Shown piece after piece: positions 1 through 13,514 of a stretch of 64,000 nt of DNA (position 1 is its first letter; every line of letters starts with the position of its first letter). The stretch is taken from positions 80,228,001-80,292,000 of the forward strand of contig OZ024740.1 in the NCBI GenBank assembly GCA_964016885.1, read 5' to 3'. The notes beneath the pieces were generated by a model. That model was not told the origin of the DNA and made no database searches. It saw only the letters and a program-made list of their open reading frames with translations. Source of the DNA: Eledone cirrhosa. Its lineage: Eukaryota. The position numbers and the translations under genes are program-made.

Positions 1-387
1 ACAAGGCCAGCAATTACCCAGTACATTACTGGTACTTTATTTTATCGACCCCATAATGATGAAAGGCAAATTTAACCTCGGCGGGATTCGAACTCAGAAT
101 GGCAAGGGCCGTAACTATGCGTCAAAGGATAGCGTCCGATCCTCTATCGATACTGCTAATAATAATAATGGTTTCTTATATAGGCACAAGGCCAAAAATT
201 TTGGAGGAGGGGGAAGTCGATTAAATCGCCCCCAGTGCGTGACTGGTACTTCATTTTATCGACCCCGTAAGGATGAAAGGCAAAGTTAACCTCGGCGGGA
301 TTTGAACTCAGATCATAAAGAGCCGTAACTCTACACTGCAAAGCATGGTGTCCGACCCTCTACTGATACTGTCAATTCACCGCCCTT
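1..387 (-). mobile_element. Two tandem copies of the major tRNA-derived SINE
   Basis: B-box gagttcaaatcc; central gcctttcatccttacggggtcgataaaataaagtaccag; tail ggccttgtgcc..gaaac(ATT)n. Confidence 0.85.
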
Positions 388-397
388 TAATAATAAT

Positions 398-431
<34 letters not shown>

Positions 432-673
432 TTTTCTTTATTAACCACAAGGGTTCACATAAAGTAGACATTAAGGACAGTACAGGACAATACAGGACGG
501 TACAAATGGGCATTTCTGCGTGTAAAAAAACAGAGGTTGAAATAAAATAACAAAGAAAAATTCCCCAATAGGGGGGAGATTTCCAAGGGACATTTGTGGA
601 GAAAGCCCATTAAAAGACCACAGTGGCCCTGACCACCAGGGCAAGTGCCCTCTCCCAGTTTTCCACCTTTAAT

Positions 674-3600
674 TTACAGACACATACTCAGAGAAGGCCC
701 ATTCATTCGGGCCATACTTGCTTCTCTCACCCATCTTTCAATAAAATGCTGGGAAGAGAGCACTTCCCTCTCTACCCTGATTTTCCTTTTCAAATGAAAT
801 TTGAAAAAGTTAATCAGGGCATCACCGAAGAGGTAAGTGCTCGTCTTCAGCCCTTTCAAACGTGTCCACCATACTATCTCTTTCGCCATGGCCACCAGAC
901 AGATAAAAACTGCCTGCCCTTCCAGGCTAAAGGAAGGGGGCGGGTCAATCCTCACGATGGACTCAGCTGATAGCTGGATCCGTCCTACACGTGACAGCAG
1001 GTGTTCGACATAAACCCACAAGTCAGCAATGCTCGGACACTGGACGAGTGCGTGCAGGACGGTTTCGTCGCCCTGCGCGCATCTCGGACATGCCCGGCTG
1101 ACGGCACCTCCATGCCTGTAGAGTTTATCCCGAACTGGCAAAGCTCCTCGGTAGCACTGCCAGGCCAGGGATTTCTGGAAGTTGTCCATAGGCCCCGGCC
1201 CGAAAGTCCTTCCGAAGAGATTGGCTAGTTGATTTTCGTCGACGCCTAGAGTTTCTCCAAGTACGTCGTCGCTCTTCCCCTCCACTAATCCTCTATAGAA
1301 CGCCAAGGTGGAGTTTCCACCGATCACATTGCCCGATTGGTCGAGGGCTGTGAGCGCCTGAAGACATTCCAGTCTCCAAGCGCTCCCTCTCGGTCTTCGC
1401 TTGACCCAGGACTGCAGCTCCGTCAAGGAGACGAGCTGGAGAAAAACGCGTCTTGCAAACGGCGACCACACCTGATCACCGTCGAGGAAGAGGTGGAGAT
1501 GTCGTAGCCTGAGCGCGTGCCTGCGCATCATCAGCCACGGCATGCCCAGCCCTCCACGTAGCGGGTGTTGACAGCAGATGGACCGCCTGACCATCGGAGC
1601 GCGTCCCTTCCACAAGAAGCGAAAGAGCAAACGCTCCAGCGCAGTCAGGCGGGGCTTAGGACAAGGTACGACGGTCAGGCGGTAGTAGATGACGGATGCG
1701 ATGTACGCATTCGCCACCTCCGCTCGACCTTTCAGGGATAGCTTCCTCTCGGCCCATTTCTGGGTGAGAGAAGCCACCCTTCTCGTCACCTCGTCCCAGT
1801 TTTTGTCCGTCTGGAGGTCTGGACCGAACCAGACCCCTAGCAATTTAACCGGTCCGTCCGTCCAGCGCCTGACGACGCTGTTGGACGGCATGGACCTGCC
1901 TCTCCAGGTGCCGAGCTGCAGGCCCACTGACTTTTCCTGGTTGATCATTGCTCCTGTCACCGCTTCGTATTCTCTTAGTGTAGTGCCGATCGCCTCGATG
2001 TGTTTGGCGTTCGACACCACTACGGTGACATCGTCGGCATATGCTGACACGGATCTTCCGCATCCTAGTTCGCGCAGGAACCCCTCAACGTCTCCAGTTT
2101 GTGCAGTAATGGCTCGAGAGTCAATACGTACAATAGGGACGAGAGGGGACATCCTTGGCGGACCGAGCGCATGATGTTGAACGGTTCCGAAAGGTGACCG
2201 TTCACTCTCACTACAGAGCAGATGTCGCTGTGCATGGCAGCGATCCAGCCTCTGAAGACGGGCCCAAAGCCAGCCGCCCTCAGGACTGCCGCTAGGTAAC
2301 GATGGTCGACCCTATCGAAGGCTTTCGACTGATCTAAATTGATCAAAGACCCACCCGTGCCAGGTTCCTTAGCTACCCTCTCTACGATGTATCGCATGAG
2401 GTGGAGGTTGTCGTGGATGGATCTGTCGGGAATGGCGCATGTCTGTGCCTCTCCCACCAGACCACCAACGACAAGCGCCAACCTCTTTGCTAGCACCTTG
2501 GCCAAAATCTTGAACTCTGTGTTTAGCAGAGTTATGGGCCTAAAATTATCTATGTTATCCCCCTTGTTCGGATCCTTTCTCAGCAGCGCCACCGCTCCTC
2601 GGCTCACAGAACTGGGAATTCTCCCGTTCTGTTGCCAGTTGCAGTAGACGTCCGCCAAGAGGCCTCCGAACAAGTTTGGCATTTGTACGTAAAGTTCATA
2701 GGGCAGACCATCCAAACCAGGCGATTTACCCCTTGTGCAACTAGTCATTGCATCCCGTACTTCAGCGGTTGTTATCGGCTTTTCGCAACACTCCGCCTCA
2801 GTGGCCGAAAGCCGCGGCAGTCCGTCGAGGTAGACACTAAAGTCCATCCCTCGATCCGGCCCGCCACTGCCCCCGAACAGCTGAGCGAAGTGTCGCTGAA
2901 AAGCTTCACACATTTGCCCGGGATCGAGTAGCATGCGCCCGTCGTGGTCCACCAAAGACCGGATCGTGGCTTTTTTGCCACGACGCGCCTCCGCCACTTG
3001 GGCCCATTGAACGGCTTTCGTCCCCTCGTGTCTGAGAGCACGCACCCTAGCTCTGACAACGCAGCCTTCGTGCTTTGCATTGAAGAATTGGTCAAGGGCC
3101 AATTTCGCCGCAAGTACGTCGGTCGCGATGCCTTTGCTAAGCGCCTCATCTAATTTTCTAACTAATTCTCCCTCTGCTCTATTTTTCTCTATTGCTAAAG
3201 TCTTACTAAACCTAATGGACTCTATTCTAATTGCTCTTTTCAGAGCAAACCACCACTTGTTGTTGACGATGGCCCCCGTCAACGCCCGCTTATCTAGTTC
3301 GCTAATCCGGTCTCTGTAGGCCTTGCGCGCTGGTAAGGACGCGTTTAGCTTCCAGTAGCCGGGTCCTTGTCTATGAAGCCTATCTAAGTCAAGCACACAG
3401 ATCACGAATTTGTGGTCCGTGTAGCTGACTATCTTGAATTGTGGACAGCCTATGCTAGACCTATCTATTTCCCTACAAAATACTCTATCTAGATATGATC
3501 TGGATGACCCTATGCGATTTGTCCAAGTCCACATTGGTACATTCGGGAAATCCATTCGGTACCTGTCAGACAGTTCAAAACGTCTGAGCAGGTTGGTGAG

Positions 3601-4092
3601 ACTCTTGCATCCTACTTCCCTATCCACTAATCCCACACAATCCCAGCGTGCATCTAAGATCCCGTTCCAGTCGCCCACTATCACTAAAGAGCGGGACGTT
3701 CCAAGAAAGGTCTCCAGACGCCGGAAGAAATCAGGCCGCCCTGCTCCTGTCGGGGCATAGACGGCCACTAACCTGAAAGCTTGCCCGTCTCCGCTGGTCA
3801 CGTCCAGCACCACCAACTTACCTTCTGGGTCCAGGAAGATGGCCCGTATGGCAAGATCCAAACCTCTCCGAAAAAGCACAGCAACTCCTCCCCCCGATCC
3901 CGGACGGCTGGGAGATGCGTACACATCGTAGCCGCCGAAGATCGGTGCGAAAGCCTGTGCTTCGGAGATTCTGGTCTCGCTGATGGCCACTACATCTATG
4001 TTTAGTGACCTGAGGTCGTTGAGCAGGTGGCCCTGCTTCCATGACGACCCCAAGCCACGCGCATTTATGCTGCCTATTCTGAGTGAGGTCAT
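674..4092 (-). CDS. Tx1/L1 ORF2: APE endonuclease, reverse transcriptase, CCHC; one frameshift near 2085
   Basis: SINARGL, ISET, VYAP, GDWNG, SYLDRVF, YTDHK (APE); PGLDGLP, NFRPITLLN, LDQSKAFDRVDH, RQGCPLS, AYADD (RT); CPRC..HALVQC. Confidence 0.95.
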
Positions 4093-4126
4093 GTTGAAAA
4101 GGAGTGGAAAAGATGGGGAAGACCAC

Positions 4127-6122
4127 TTACCTTACTTCTCGTAGGGGAAGGACGGCTTTTCCATCCTTTTCACCACTTGTGGCCTCCTCAGGAAGGATGT
4201 CCTTATAAATCCTCCTGGAGAGTGCTTGTCGGAAGTCTCCGATGTCTTTGGGGAATTTTTGTTTTAGTGTCATGTACGTTTTCTGTGTGATGCGAGTGAT
4301 TTGTATGTGTGGAGGTGGTGTGAATTTTGGGGTTGTTGTGTAGTCTTTTTCTGTGATGCTGGTGTTGTGTTGGATGTAGTGTAATAATTGCTTGTTGTTC
4401 AAATTTAATGCTGTGTAGTGTGTATCGTTTTGGTTGTTTTGTTTTGTTTGCGTTTGTTGTGGGTTTGTTTCTATTTCGCATTTTGGTGACTTTTGTGGTG
4501 TAGGTGATGGTGGTGTTGGAGTTAATGATGGTGATGGTGTTGGTGTTTGGGTTGATGGGGTTGGTGATGCTGGTGTGGATGGTGGCATATCTGTCCTAAC
4601 TTTTTTGTTTCTTAGTTTATTTGTTTCCCTCTGTATTTTGTTTTTGGAGGGGGAAGGAAGAGAATTTTTTCTTTTTTGGTTTCTTTTTTTTTTTCCGGAT
4701 ATCGTTTCCCACTCCTCGTCGTCACAATCTGTCTCCAGTTGTGATAGGCCGGGGAGTGGAAAATCCTCCACAGCCGTTAGTTTTGGTTGTGGTGTGGTGG
4801 ATGGTGTAGGCGCTGGTGCTAGTTCTGAAGCGTTGGGTGGTGGTGGTGTTGGTTTTGCTGGTGGTGGTAGTGGTGTTGGTTTTGCTACTGTTGCTGGGGT
4901 TGTTGCTGTTATAGTTGCTTCTGTTGTTGCTGCTACAGTTGTTGCTGCCATCTCTGCTACTGGTGGTGTTGATGGTTGTGTCACTGGGGTGGGTAGGAGA
5001 GGTGGCCTCAACCTTTTAGCCTGAGGGCAGAAAGCCCTTAGGTGGGTTCCTTCACCACAAACGACACACCTAGGTCTTCTGCCCTCGACAATTACCGTCA
5101 GATGGCTGCCGTCAGTGAGGTCTATTACCTCTGGGATCTCCTCAATGCTTTTTTGGTCCGCTTGGATCAGGAGCTCCATCCCAGATCCGGGCCAGTTTTC
5201 CTGCTTTTCTTTTGCTATTGTTATTATTTTCGTGTTGGCCTCGATGCCGGTGATGACAGCCGCTATTAGCCAGGGAATTTCGATGGCCGGTGGAACGTGG
5301 GTCACCCTGATCTTTACGAGTCTCTGGCCACAATAGCTTGGGACGAGTGTGAGGTCGTCACTTTTTAATGGGGCCATGGAGTGTTCTCTAGCCTCCTCTG
5401 GTGTTTCAAAGAACACATCCACGGTTCCATACTTTTGCCCACGTCTGATGTGGGTTTTTCTTGCCCACACATGTCCCAAAGCTTTTTGGATTTGGGACTC
5501 GGATGCCCGTTCCACTCGGCGCGATTTTACATTTATTGTTCTATACGACACGGTGCACAGGCGCCGATGCTCCATTTTATTAGGTGGGGGGGGGGGGGGG
5601 GGTGAGACTGACCCTGTACCCATCTTTCTTTACCATTTGTTTGGCATTTTCTAAATCTTCTTGAGTTACCGTGAACGCTTCGAATTGTTTTGCTACGATG
5701 GCGAAACTGAGGGTCGGTTTTATAATGTCATTGTTGTTGTTGTTGCTATCGTTAATATTAATTTTATTTTCAGTTGTGGTCGTGGTGACGTCAGTCGTCT
5801 TTGGTGGGGAAGAGTCCATTTTGCTTGATTTCATTTCGACGTCACGAGTTAATTTATTTTTTTCTTCTTTTGTTTCTGTTGTCGCGGTGGTGGTGGTGGT
5901 GGTGGTTGTCGCGGTGGTGGTGGTGGTGGAGGGTTTAACACCTGCAGTCATTGGTAATGGCGGGAAATGAATGTCTGCCTGAGACAAATTTAAAATATTG
6001 CTACTGCTTATATTTTTTTTTGTGTTGGCAAACGTAGTAATATTTACAATGGTGGTGTCGGTGTGAGGTGTTATTTTGTGAGGAAGGCTTTCAGCTGCTT
6101 CGTGCAGAGGGGAATTAGCCAT
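4127..6122 (-). CDS. Tx1/L1 ORF1 (nucleic-acid-binding protein), split by a frameshift at the poly-G run near 5585-5602
   Basis: ORFs 5580-6122 and 4127-5623 overlap at the homopolymer; zinc knuckle CVVCGEGTHLRAFC; Pro/Thr-rich region; basic KKKRNQKRK. Confidence 0.8.
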
Positions 6123-6331
6123 ATTTTTTCAAAGAAATTTTTGGATAATAATAAAAGTTAAAATTTTGGGCACAAGGCCCCAATCTTTTTGGGTGTCCTT
6201 TTCGGAAAACAATGTATGTGTGCTTATAAACAGTTTACAATAAAATTTTCCATAAATGGCAATTTTTAAAGAAACGGAAATAACAAACCTTTGCGGAGCT
6301 CACGATAATACGATTTCCAACGTAGGTCGCC

Positions 6332-6363
<32 letters not shown>

Positions 6364-6365
<2 letters not shown>

Positions 6366-6500
6366 CTTTCTTTATTAACCACAAGGCTTTACACAAAGTA
6401 AGACATTAAGGACAGTACAGGACAATACAGGACGGTACAAATGGGGTGGTAAAAAAGAACAAAAACAGAGGATGTAACAAAAATAACAATGAAAAATAAT
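6364..6500 (-). mobile_element. 3' terminal remnant of the same Tx1 family
   Basis: 6364-6446 nearly identical to 431-510 (tttctttattaaccacaagg...ggacggtacaaatggg). Confidence 0.85.
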
Positions 6501-6559
6501 AATGATAATGTATAAAATCTTAACATCAATCCTAACTCACCTGATAACAAATGACCTAT

Positions 6560-8620
6560 TTCCCAATGAGCAGAAAGGGTGTAAACGAGGTTCATAAGGC
6601 TGTAAGGATCAGCTTTTGGTTAACAAAATGAGACTGGAAGATTGTCATAATAGACACAAAAATCTATCAATTGCTTGGATAGATTATAAAAAAGCATTCG
6701 ATAGATTGCCACACAGTTGGATTGAAAAGTGTTCAGAGATTTTCAAAATATCTTCCGTTAGCAGGAGGTTCCTGTCATTCAGCATGAAAACAAGGAAAAC
6801 AATACTCCTTTTGAAGTGGAAAAAATCACTGGAAGCTGGAGAAGTTAATATCAACTGTGGAATTTTTCAGGGTGACTCTTTATCACCGCTTTTATTCTGC
6901 ATCGCACTTATACCATTAAGTAAAATGCTCAATGAAACAAAACATGGATATAAAGTCTATGACAAAACTCTTAATCACTTGTTCTACATGGATGACCTGA
7001 AACTATTTGCAAAAAATGATGAGCAATTGCAAGGGCTATTATCCACAGTGATGATATTAAAATGGAGTTTGGACTAGATAAATGCGCCAAAGTCACGTTC
7101 ACCCGAGGAAAGCTGCTGAGAAGTTCAGACATTAATCTTAACCGGGGGAATGTGATAAGAGAACTTGATCAAGAAGAAACTTACAAATATCTAGGTGTCT
7201 CTGAAGGAGACGGGATCAAGCACTCGACAATGAGGGAAAGGATAAGGAAGGAATGTTACTGCAGAGTAAGAGCAATCTTAAGAACGGGGTTGGATGCTAG
7301 GAATAGCATCGACGCCATAAACACACTTGCCAAACCAGTAGTAACCTACAGTTACAATGTCATCAACTGGTCAAGCACAGAGATCCGTAGGCTCGATACA
7401 AAAATTAGAAAATTGTTAACCATGCACATAATGCATCACCCTAAGGCAGATACAGATAGATATATCTCCCTAGGACTGAGGACGTGGATTAATCCAGTTA
7501 GATATTGCGTTGAAAACTGCAACAATTGGATTATCTACATTTCTAAGGGAATCACATGATTGGATGATCAAACTCGTTTTGAAACACGAAAGCATAAAAA
7601 GATCATACTCCATTACAAAAGATGCACAAAGATACAGTAATGGACTACAAATTTCACAAGTTCCCTTTACTGCTGAAATGAAAAACACAGAAAAAGCAAA
7701 GCAAGTAAAAGTAACTGCAAAGAAAGAACTGCTACAGAAACTGGCTAAGAAATGGCAAGAAAAGCCTCTGTATGGAAAATATCCAGAAATAGCTAACAAT
7801 CCTAATGGTGACAAAACTTTAACCCATCACTGGTTGCCATCTCCTGGACTGAAATCGGAGACTGAAGGACTGATTATATCAACACCAGACCAGTGTCTGC
7901 CAACAAAAGATGATCAAGCCAACATCATAAAAAATGGATGCAACCCATTATGCCATGTATGTAAAAACAACCAGAGACCATTGATCATATAATTTCAATG
8001 TGCAGTCCAATAGCTCCAAGCGAATACCTAAACAGGCACGACTAAGCTGCAAAAGACATACGTTGTGTAATGTGTAAGCATTTTGACCTGCCTCATCAAA
8101 AGATTTATTGGGAGCATCAACCACCTCCCGTACTTGAAAAAGGTCACATCTGAATTTTGTGGAACTTTAGCATCCAAACAGACCGAAAAATAGATGCAAA
8201 TAAACCTGATATAATACTGAAGGGCATGCCTGCTAATTGATATGTCCGTTCCAATAGACAAGAATGTATCTATAAAAAACATTTGAACAATTGAGCAGCC
8301 TGAAGATAGAGATTGGAAAAATATGGAAGTTGAGAAGTAAAACAATACCAGTGGTTGTAGGCGCTCTAGGAATGATACCTAAAGGGTCTAATGATTACTT
8401 ATCCCAAATCCCAGGAGACTCGCGTATAGTAGAAATACAAAAGATAGTACTAATGGGAACTGCCCACATACTAAGGAAGATTCCGTCAATATAAATACAT
8501 CACAAGTCTAAACACCTAAAGATAAATGTGTGTGTGTATGTGTTCTTTCTTGAACATGGCGGACCTTGTCACTGGTTGTGACTTGGTGATAACTCGCATG
8601 AACATAAAGCAAGATAAATG
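6560..8620 (+). mobile_element. 5'-truncated, frameshifted R4/Dong-like non-LTR element (RT, CCHC, restriction-like endonuclease)
   Basis: WIDYKKAFD, GIFQGDSLSPLLFC, NHLFYMDDLKL, CHVC, RHD, KPDII, IPVVVGALG..IQKIVLMGTAHILR across broken frames. Confidence 0.88.
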
Positions 8621-8659
8621 AAAAAAATAGACTAGGGGATATCCAAGGAAGAAGTAACA

Positions 8660-9460
8660 ACAAAAATCCGTTCATAGCTCATTTTGTAAGAAAACGGAAT
8701 TCAGAGATCCACACATATGGAGCTGGTTAAAAAGAGGAGACCTTAAGAAAGCTACAGAAGGAATGCTGATGGCTGCACAAGAGAAAGCTCTCAGAACGAA
8801 ATGGGTGAAACACCATATTGACAAGGAGGAAGCTAGCTCACTCTGTATGATCTGTCGAGAGAGAAAGATGAGACTGTGGCTCACATCGTATCCGAATATA
8901 AAGACCTAGACCAGACTCACTATAAAGGTTGGAGGCATGATATAATAGGAAAGGTGATTCACTGGCATTTATGCAAACAAAATAATTTACCACATTCTGA
9001 GAAGTGGTATGAGCATAAACCAGAGTCGGTGATAGAAAAAGATCAAGTGAAGGTGCTATGGGATTTCAGGATACAGGCAGACAAGAAGTTAGAACACAAT
9101 AGCCCTGGCCTGGTGGTTTTTAACAAGGAAAAAAGATCGTGCTTGATTGTAGATGAAGCCTGCCCCTTTGACACAAGAATGCAAGAAAAGGAGAGAGAGA
9201 AAATTAACCGATACCAGGACTTAAAGTGGGAGTTAAAATGGATTTAGGACTGTCATGCGATCAAGGTCTCCCGATTGTCATAGGAGCACTAGGTACTATC
9301 TTAAAGAGTTTTCAAGGATGGTTAAAGAAAATTAGTCCAGCTCCCTTTTTTGGAACACTTCAAAAGGCATGCTTGCTGGAAACAGAAAGAACCCTCCGAT
9401 ACGTCCTGAATATCTGAGGCTGTAGGTAACGGCTTGATGTTCATTCGAACAAACTTTCCA
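8660..9460 (+). mobile_element. 3' fragment of a second R4/Dong-like family
   Basis: RHDIIGKVIHW, WYEHKPESV, LWDFRIQ, DEACPFD, IVIGALG, LQKACLL. Confidence 0.85.
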
Positions 9461-9514
9461 GTTAAATAACATCAATGACTGAGACTCCAATAATAATAAT
9501 AGTAATAATAATAA

Positions 9515-9835
9515 CCAGGAAATTATGGAGAGTCAGACTGGAGCTGAAGAGTGAAATCAGGAAACTATGGAGAATCAGACACATAGAAGTGATACTGATT
9601 GTGATTGGCGCACTAGGAGTAGTTAGTAAAAGGTTAGACGCAGGGCTCGAGGAGCTAGGAATTACCATTAGGACAGTATTGTTGCAAAAAACAGCCATAC
9701 TATGAACAGAAAGGATTCTAAGGTGGGTGTTAGACAGTTGATATAGAAGGAATGGCCCAAAGGATCTTTGGCCATTGGTTAGGGCTTGCTCTTTTGGTAT
9801 AGTGTCGGTATAACATCTGCCAGAGTAAAAGCGTT
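9515..9835 (+). mobile_element. 3' fragment of a third R4/Dong-like family
   Basis: ELKSEIRKLW..IVIGALG..LQKTAIL, preceded by (AAT)n. Confidence 0.7.
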
Positions 9836-9852
9836 ACGAATGATAATGACAA

Positions 9853-10046
9853 GGGTTTCTGATCTAGGCACAAGACTAAGAATTTTGGGAGAGGGTAAAG
9901 TCGATTGAATCGACTCCAGTGCATTACTGATACTTTATCGACTCCTTAAGGATGAAAGCAAAGCTAGCCCCGGCGGGATTTGAACTCAGAACGTAAACGG
10001 TCGTAACTCTATGCCACTAAGCTTGTTGTCTGATGCTCTGCAGATA
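9853..10046 (-). mobile_element. Major SINE copy
   Basis: Same head, core and tail. Confidence 0.75.
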
Positions 10047-10088
10047 CAGCCAATCCACTACCCTACTCCCCCCCTCCTCCTCCACCAC

Positions 10089-10160
<72 letters not shown>

Positions 10161-10605
10161 ATGTATTTATTTATTTTTTATATCTATATATTCATCCAAG
10201 GTTTAAGTTATAATTTTCCAAATTCAATTTTACTTCCACGTTAATATTATAAAAATATTAGAACCGCCCCACATCAAAATATATTGAAATATGTCTTTGT
10301 TACTTCAATTTTTCATTTTATAAAAGAGAAGTATTAAAAGAAAACATAAAAATGATTATTGAAAATCAATAACAACACCAACAACAACACGACAACAATG
10401 GCAACGACAACAACAGTAATAACAACAATATAAATTTTCATTTGTATTCTTTTATTCTGTTTTTAGGTTGCTTTCTATGAAGTCAGGCCATACTTGGGCA
10501 ACACTTTGAATGGTTTTTAGTCCATTATGTCGACTCTCGTATGCAGACTTACAGATCATATCACAAAAATAACATATCTAAAACAAGGTGCATATAGACT
10601 AGACG

Positions 10606-10711
<106 letters not shown>

Positions 10712-10772
10712 ACACACACACATATATATATGCATATATATACATACATACATACATACATACATACATACA

Positions 10773-10808
<36 letters not shown>

Positions 10809-11348
10809 GTGGTAGAACACTGGAAGGTAATATCCGTAGTGGTAGAGCACTCAGTCCATGGGACGAGTTAGGTAGAAGTGGTTACACAACATTTAGTTCA
10901 CCATACCGAGAACAATTGTTTCACCTTAGCGGATCCTCAGCTCATAATGGATATGGTTATACGGAACAGGAAGGACAACCGTACGAACACGCATGCGCAG
11001 AAACAATCACTTCCCACAGGCAATACTAAATTGCGTGCGAGAGGTGTGAGGGATATAACTGCGAAAGTCCGAAATTTTCTAGTTGATGAGAAAATTAGGA
11101 TGTTGTAATTCAATCCGGAGCTTTGTAGTTATGTAAGAGGTGTTCCCAGACGTGTGGACAACGTGTGAAGAATTCATAACTTGAGTTTAGGCAATCACTA
11201 TTGCGTAATCTCTTTATAATATTTATTCGTTCATCAATACATAGTCCACACGATGGATTGCTCCTTGCGTATGGCTTAGACTTAGTGATGGCTTTCTATT
11301 GAATGGAGTAGTCTATACTTGAGTCCTTGAGGGACCATATGTGGCTCG
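10809..11348 (-). mobile_element. Inverted 3' end (GIY-YIG C-terminus + pLTR) of a Penelope-like element
   Basis: Reverse complement matches 34110-34570 downstream of the GIY-YIG ORF; contains a hammerhead. Confidence 0.85.
10908..10943 (-). ncRNA. Minimal type I hammerhead ribozyme (family H, PLE pLTR)
   Basis: gag-CTGAGGA-tcc gctaa ggt-GAA-ACAATTGT-T-ctc; palindromic stem III. Confidence 0.8.
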
Positions 11349-11646
11349 CGTGTTTTTTAGACATATTACGTGTTAGATTCCCGGACTTCCATACGGGAAT
11401 ATACCGTGACGATGGACTGAACTTATCGAGCAATAAAAGTGGTCACGACCTCGACCGGTTTAAAAAAGACTTAACTTCTACCTTCAATGAGTTAGGCCTT
11501 AGGATGACACAGTAGCTACCAACATCTCTAGCGTAGATTTCTTAGACATTAATTTAGACTTTCGCACACATATCTACAGACCCTTCTATAAGCTTAACGA
11601 AAAACTCAATTACATTCACAAGGACTCATGCAACTCTCCCACTGTT
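11349..11646 (+). pseudogene. Penelope-like reverse transcriptase fragment
   Basis: TGIYRDDGL motif, then VDFLDINLD..YRPFYKLNEKLNYIHKDS after a stop. Confidence 0.85.
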
Positions 11647-11648
11647 TT

Positions 11649-11672
<24 letters not shown>

Positions 11673-11681
<9 letters not shown>

Positions 11682-13514
11682 GAGGTTTACATATACATAA
11701 ACTAGACAGAGCCATAGATATATATGTTTTTGGCAACCATTCACGGTGTGGCTCAATGACGAATTAATTATTTAAATAATCAACAATCAGAGCAATATAT
11801 AAGAAAGTAAGTCCATAGAATCATTTGATAAAATATTTACAGTATTTCTTCTCCCAATCAGCATATTCAACCACATAAAAAAACAATTAAACGAAGCTAT
11901 AAGTTTAAAATGAAGAAACAATAGATAAATATATGATAGCTATTTTATCCGCGATCCACAGACACAGAAGATTTACCCAGCATTTCTAATAACCCATAGA
12001 CATTGACTAGACATATAGTTAACCATACACAATTAGGTACAAAATCAAAGTTAGAAGAACAAATGTACATAAACATACCAAAATTATGTTTTTACCCCCG
12101 GAGGTTCCATTCGCTTTTTGGAAATATCCGATCATGGATAAACTAACGAGTTTCGAAATCATCAGGAAACAAACTCAATTGGACAAAGATTTTTCTTAAA
12201 TGTTCCCTGCCAGAAACGAATTCAAAATGGCTAAGAATTGTCACATGGACAGTGGTCAAGTCAGAAAGCTTGTGATTGGTGCCTGACGGCGAGTAGGCTG
12301 GTTGCTAGAAAGCGCAGCCGAATATTGCCTAAAGCTTTACTCAACCTTACGGGAGTATATAAAATATAGAGGTTTACATATACATAAACTAGACAGAGCC
12401 ATATATATATATACATATATTAGAAATATAAGCTTTCACCGTATTTTTGACTAAAGAAATGTTTAGCCTGATAGTGGTGTTTAGAACCCTCAGAGAAATG
12501 GAAAAAGGTCCGTCAATATTCATCTTTTTCCATTTCTCTGAGGGTTCTAAACACCACTATCAGGCTAAAAATTTCTTTAGTCAAAAATACGGTGAAAGCT
12601 TATATTTCTAATATATGTATATATATATATGGCTCTGTCTAGTTTATGTATATGTAAACCTCTATATTTTATATACTCCCGTAAGGTTGAGTAAAGCTTT
12701 AGGCAATATTCGGCTGAAATGGAAAAAGATGAATATTGACGGACCTTTTTCCATTTCTCTGATGGTTCTAAACCTCACTATCAGGCTAAAAATTTCTTTA
12801 GTCAAAAATACGGTGAAAGCTTATATTTCTAATTTCAAACTCGCTCACTGTTTCAAAACATACTTACTCATATATATATATGTTTTTGGCAACCATTCAC
12901 GGTGTGGCTCAATGACGAATTAATTAATTAAATAATCAACAATCAGAGCAATATATAAGAAAATAAGTCCATAGAATCATTTGATAAAATATATACAGTA
13001 TTTATTCTCCCAATCAGCATAATCAACCACATAAAAAATTAATTAAACGAGGCTATAAGTTTAAAATATGCCTATGAAGAAACAATAGATAAATAAATGA
13101 TAGCTATTTTATCCGCGATCCACAGCCACAGAAGATTTACCCAGTATTTCTAATAGCCCATAGAAATTGACTAGACATATAGTTAACCATACATAATTAG
13201 GTACAAAATCAAAGTTAGAAGAAAAAATGTACATAAACAAACCAAAATTGTTTCTACCCTCTGAGTTTTCATTCGCTTTTTGGAAATATCCGATCATGGA
13301 TAAATCAACGAGTTTCGAAATAATCAGGAAACAAACTCAACCGAGGATCGCGGATAAAATAGCTATCATTTATTTATCTATTGTTTCTTCATAGGTACAT
13401 TTCAAACTTATAGCCTCGTTTAATTGATTTTTATGTGGTTGATTATGCTGATTGGGAGAAGAAATACTGTATATATTTTATCAAATGATTCTATGGACGT
13501 TCTTTCTTATATAT

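Larger units (their letters stand above)
431..6331 (-). mobile_element. Near full-length L1/Tx1-clade non-LTR retrotransposon (5'UTR, ORF1, ORF2, 3'UTR) in (AAT)n
   Basis: ORF1 with CCHC knuckle, ORF2 with APE+RT+CCHC; AATAAA at the 3' end; (AAT)n tracts on both sides (388-430, 6332-6363). Confidence 0.95.

Noticed and set aside
623-5970. Plus-strand ORFs overlapping the Tx1 element, and similar ones over the other LINEs
   Set aside because: Antisense shadows of retroelement ORFs with no independent motifs
6318-6332. TGGCGACC on minus as an LTR primer-binding site
   Set aside because: No LTRs, protease or integrase; it is the 5' end of an APE-RT LINE
12145-12172. CTGATGA-tttc-GAAA on minus
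   Set aside because: No stem II or stem I closure; second copy reads CTGATTA
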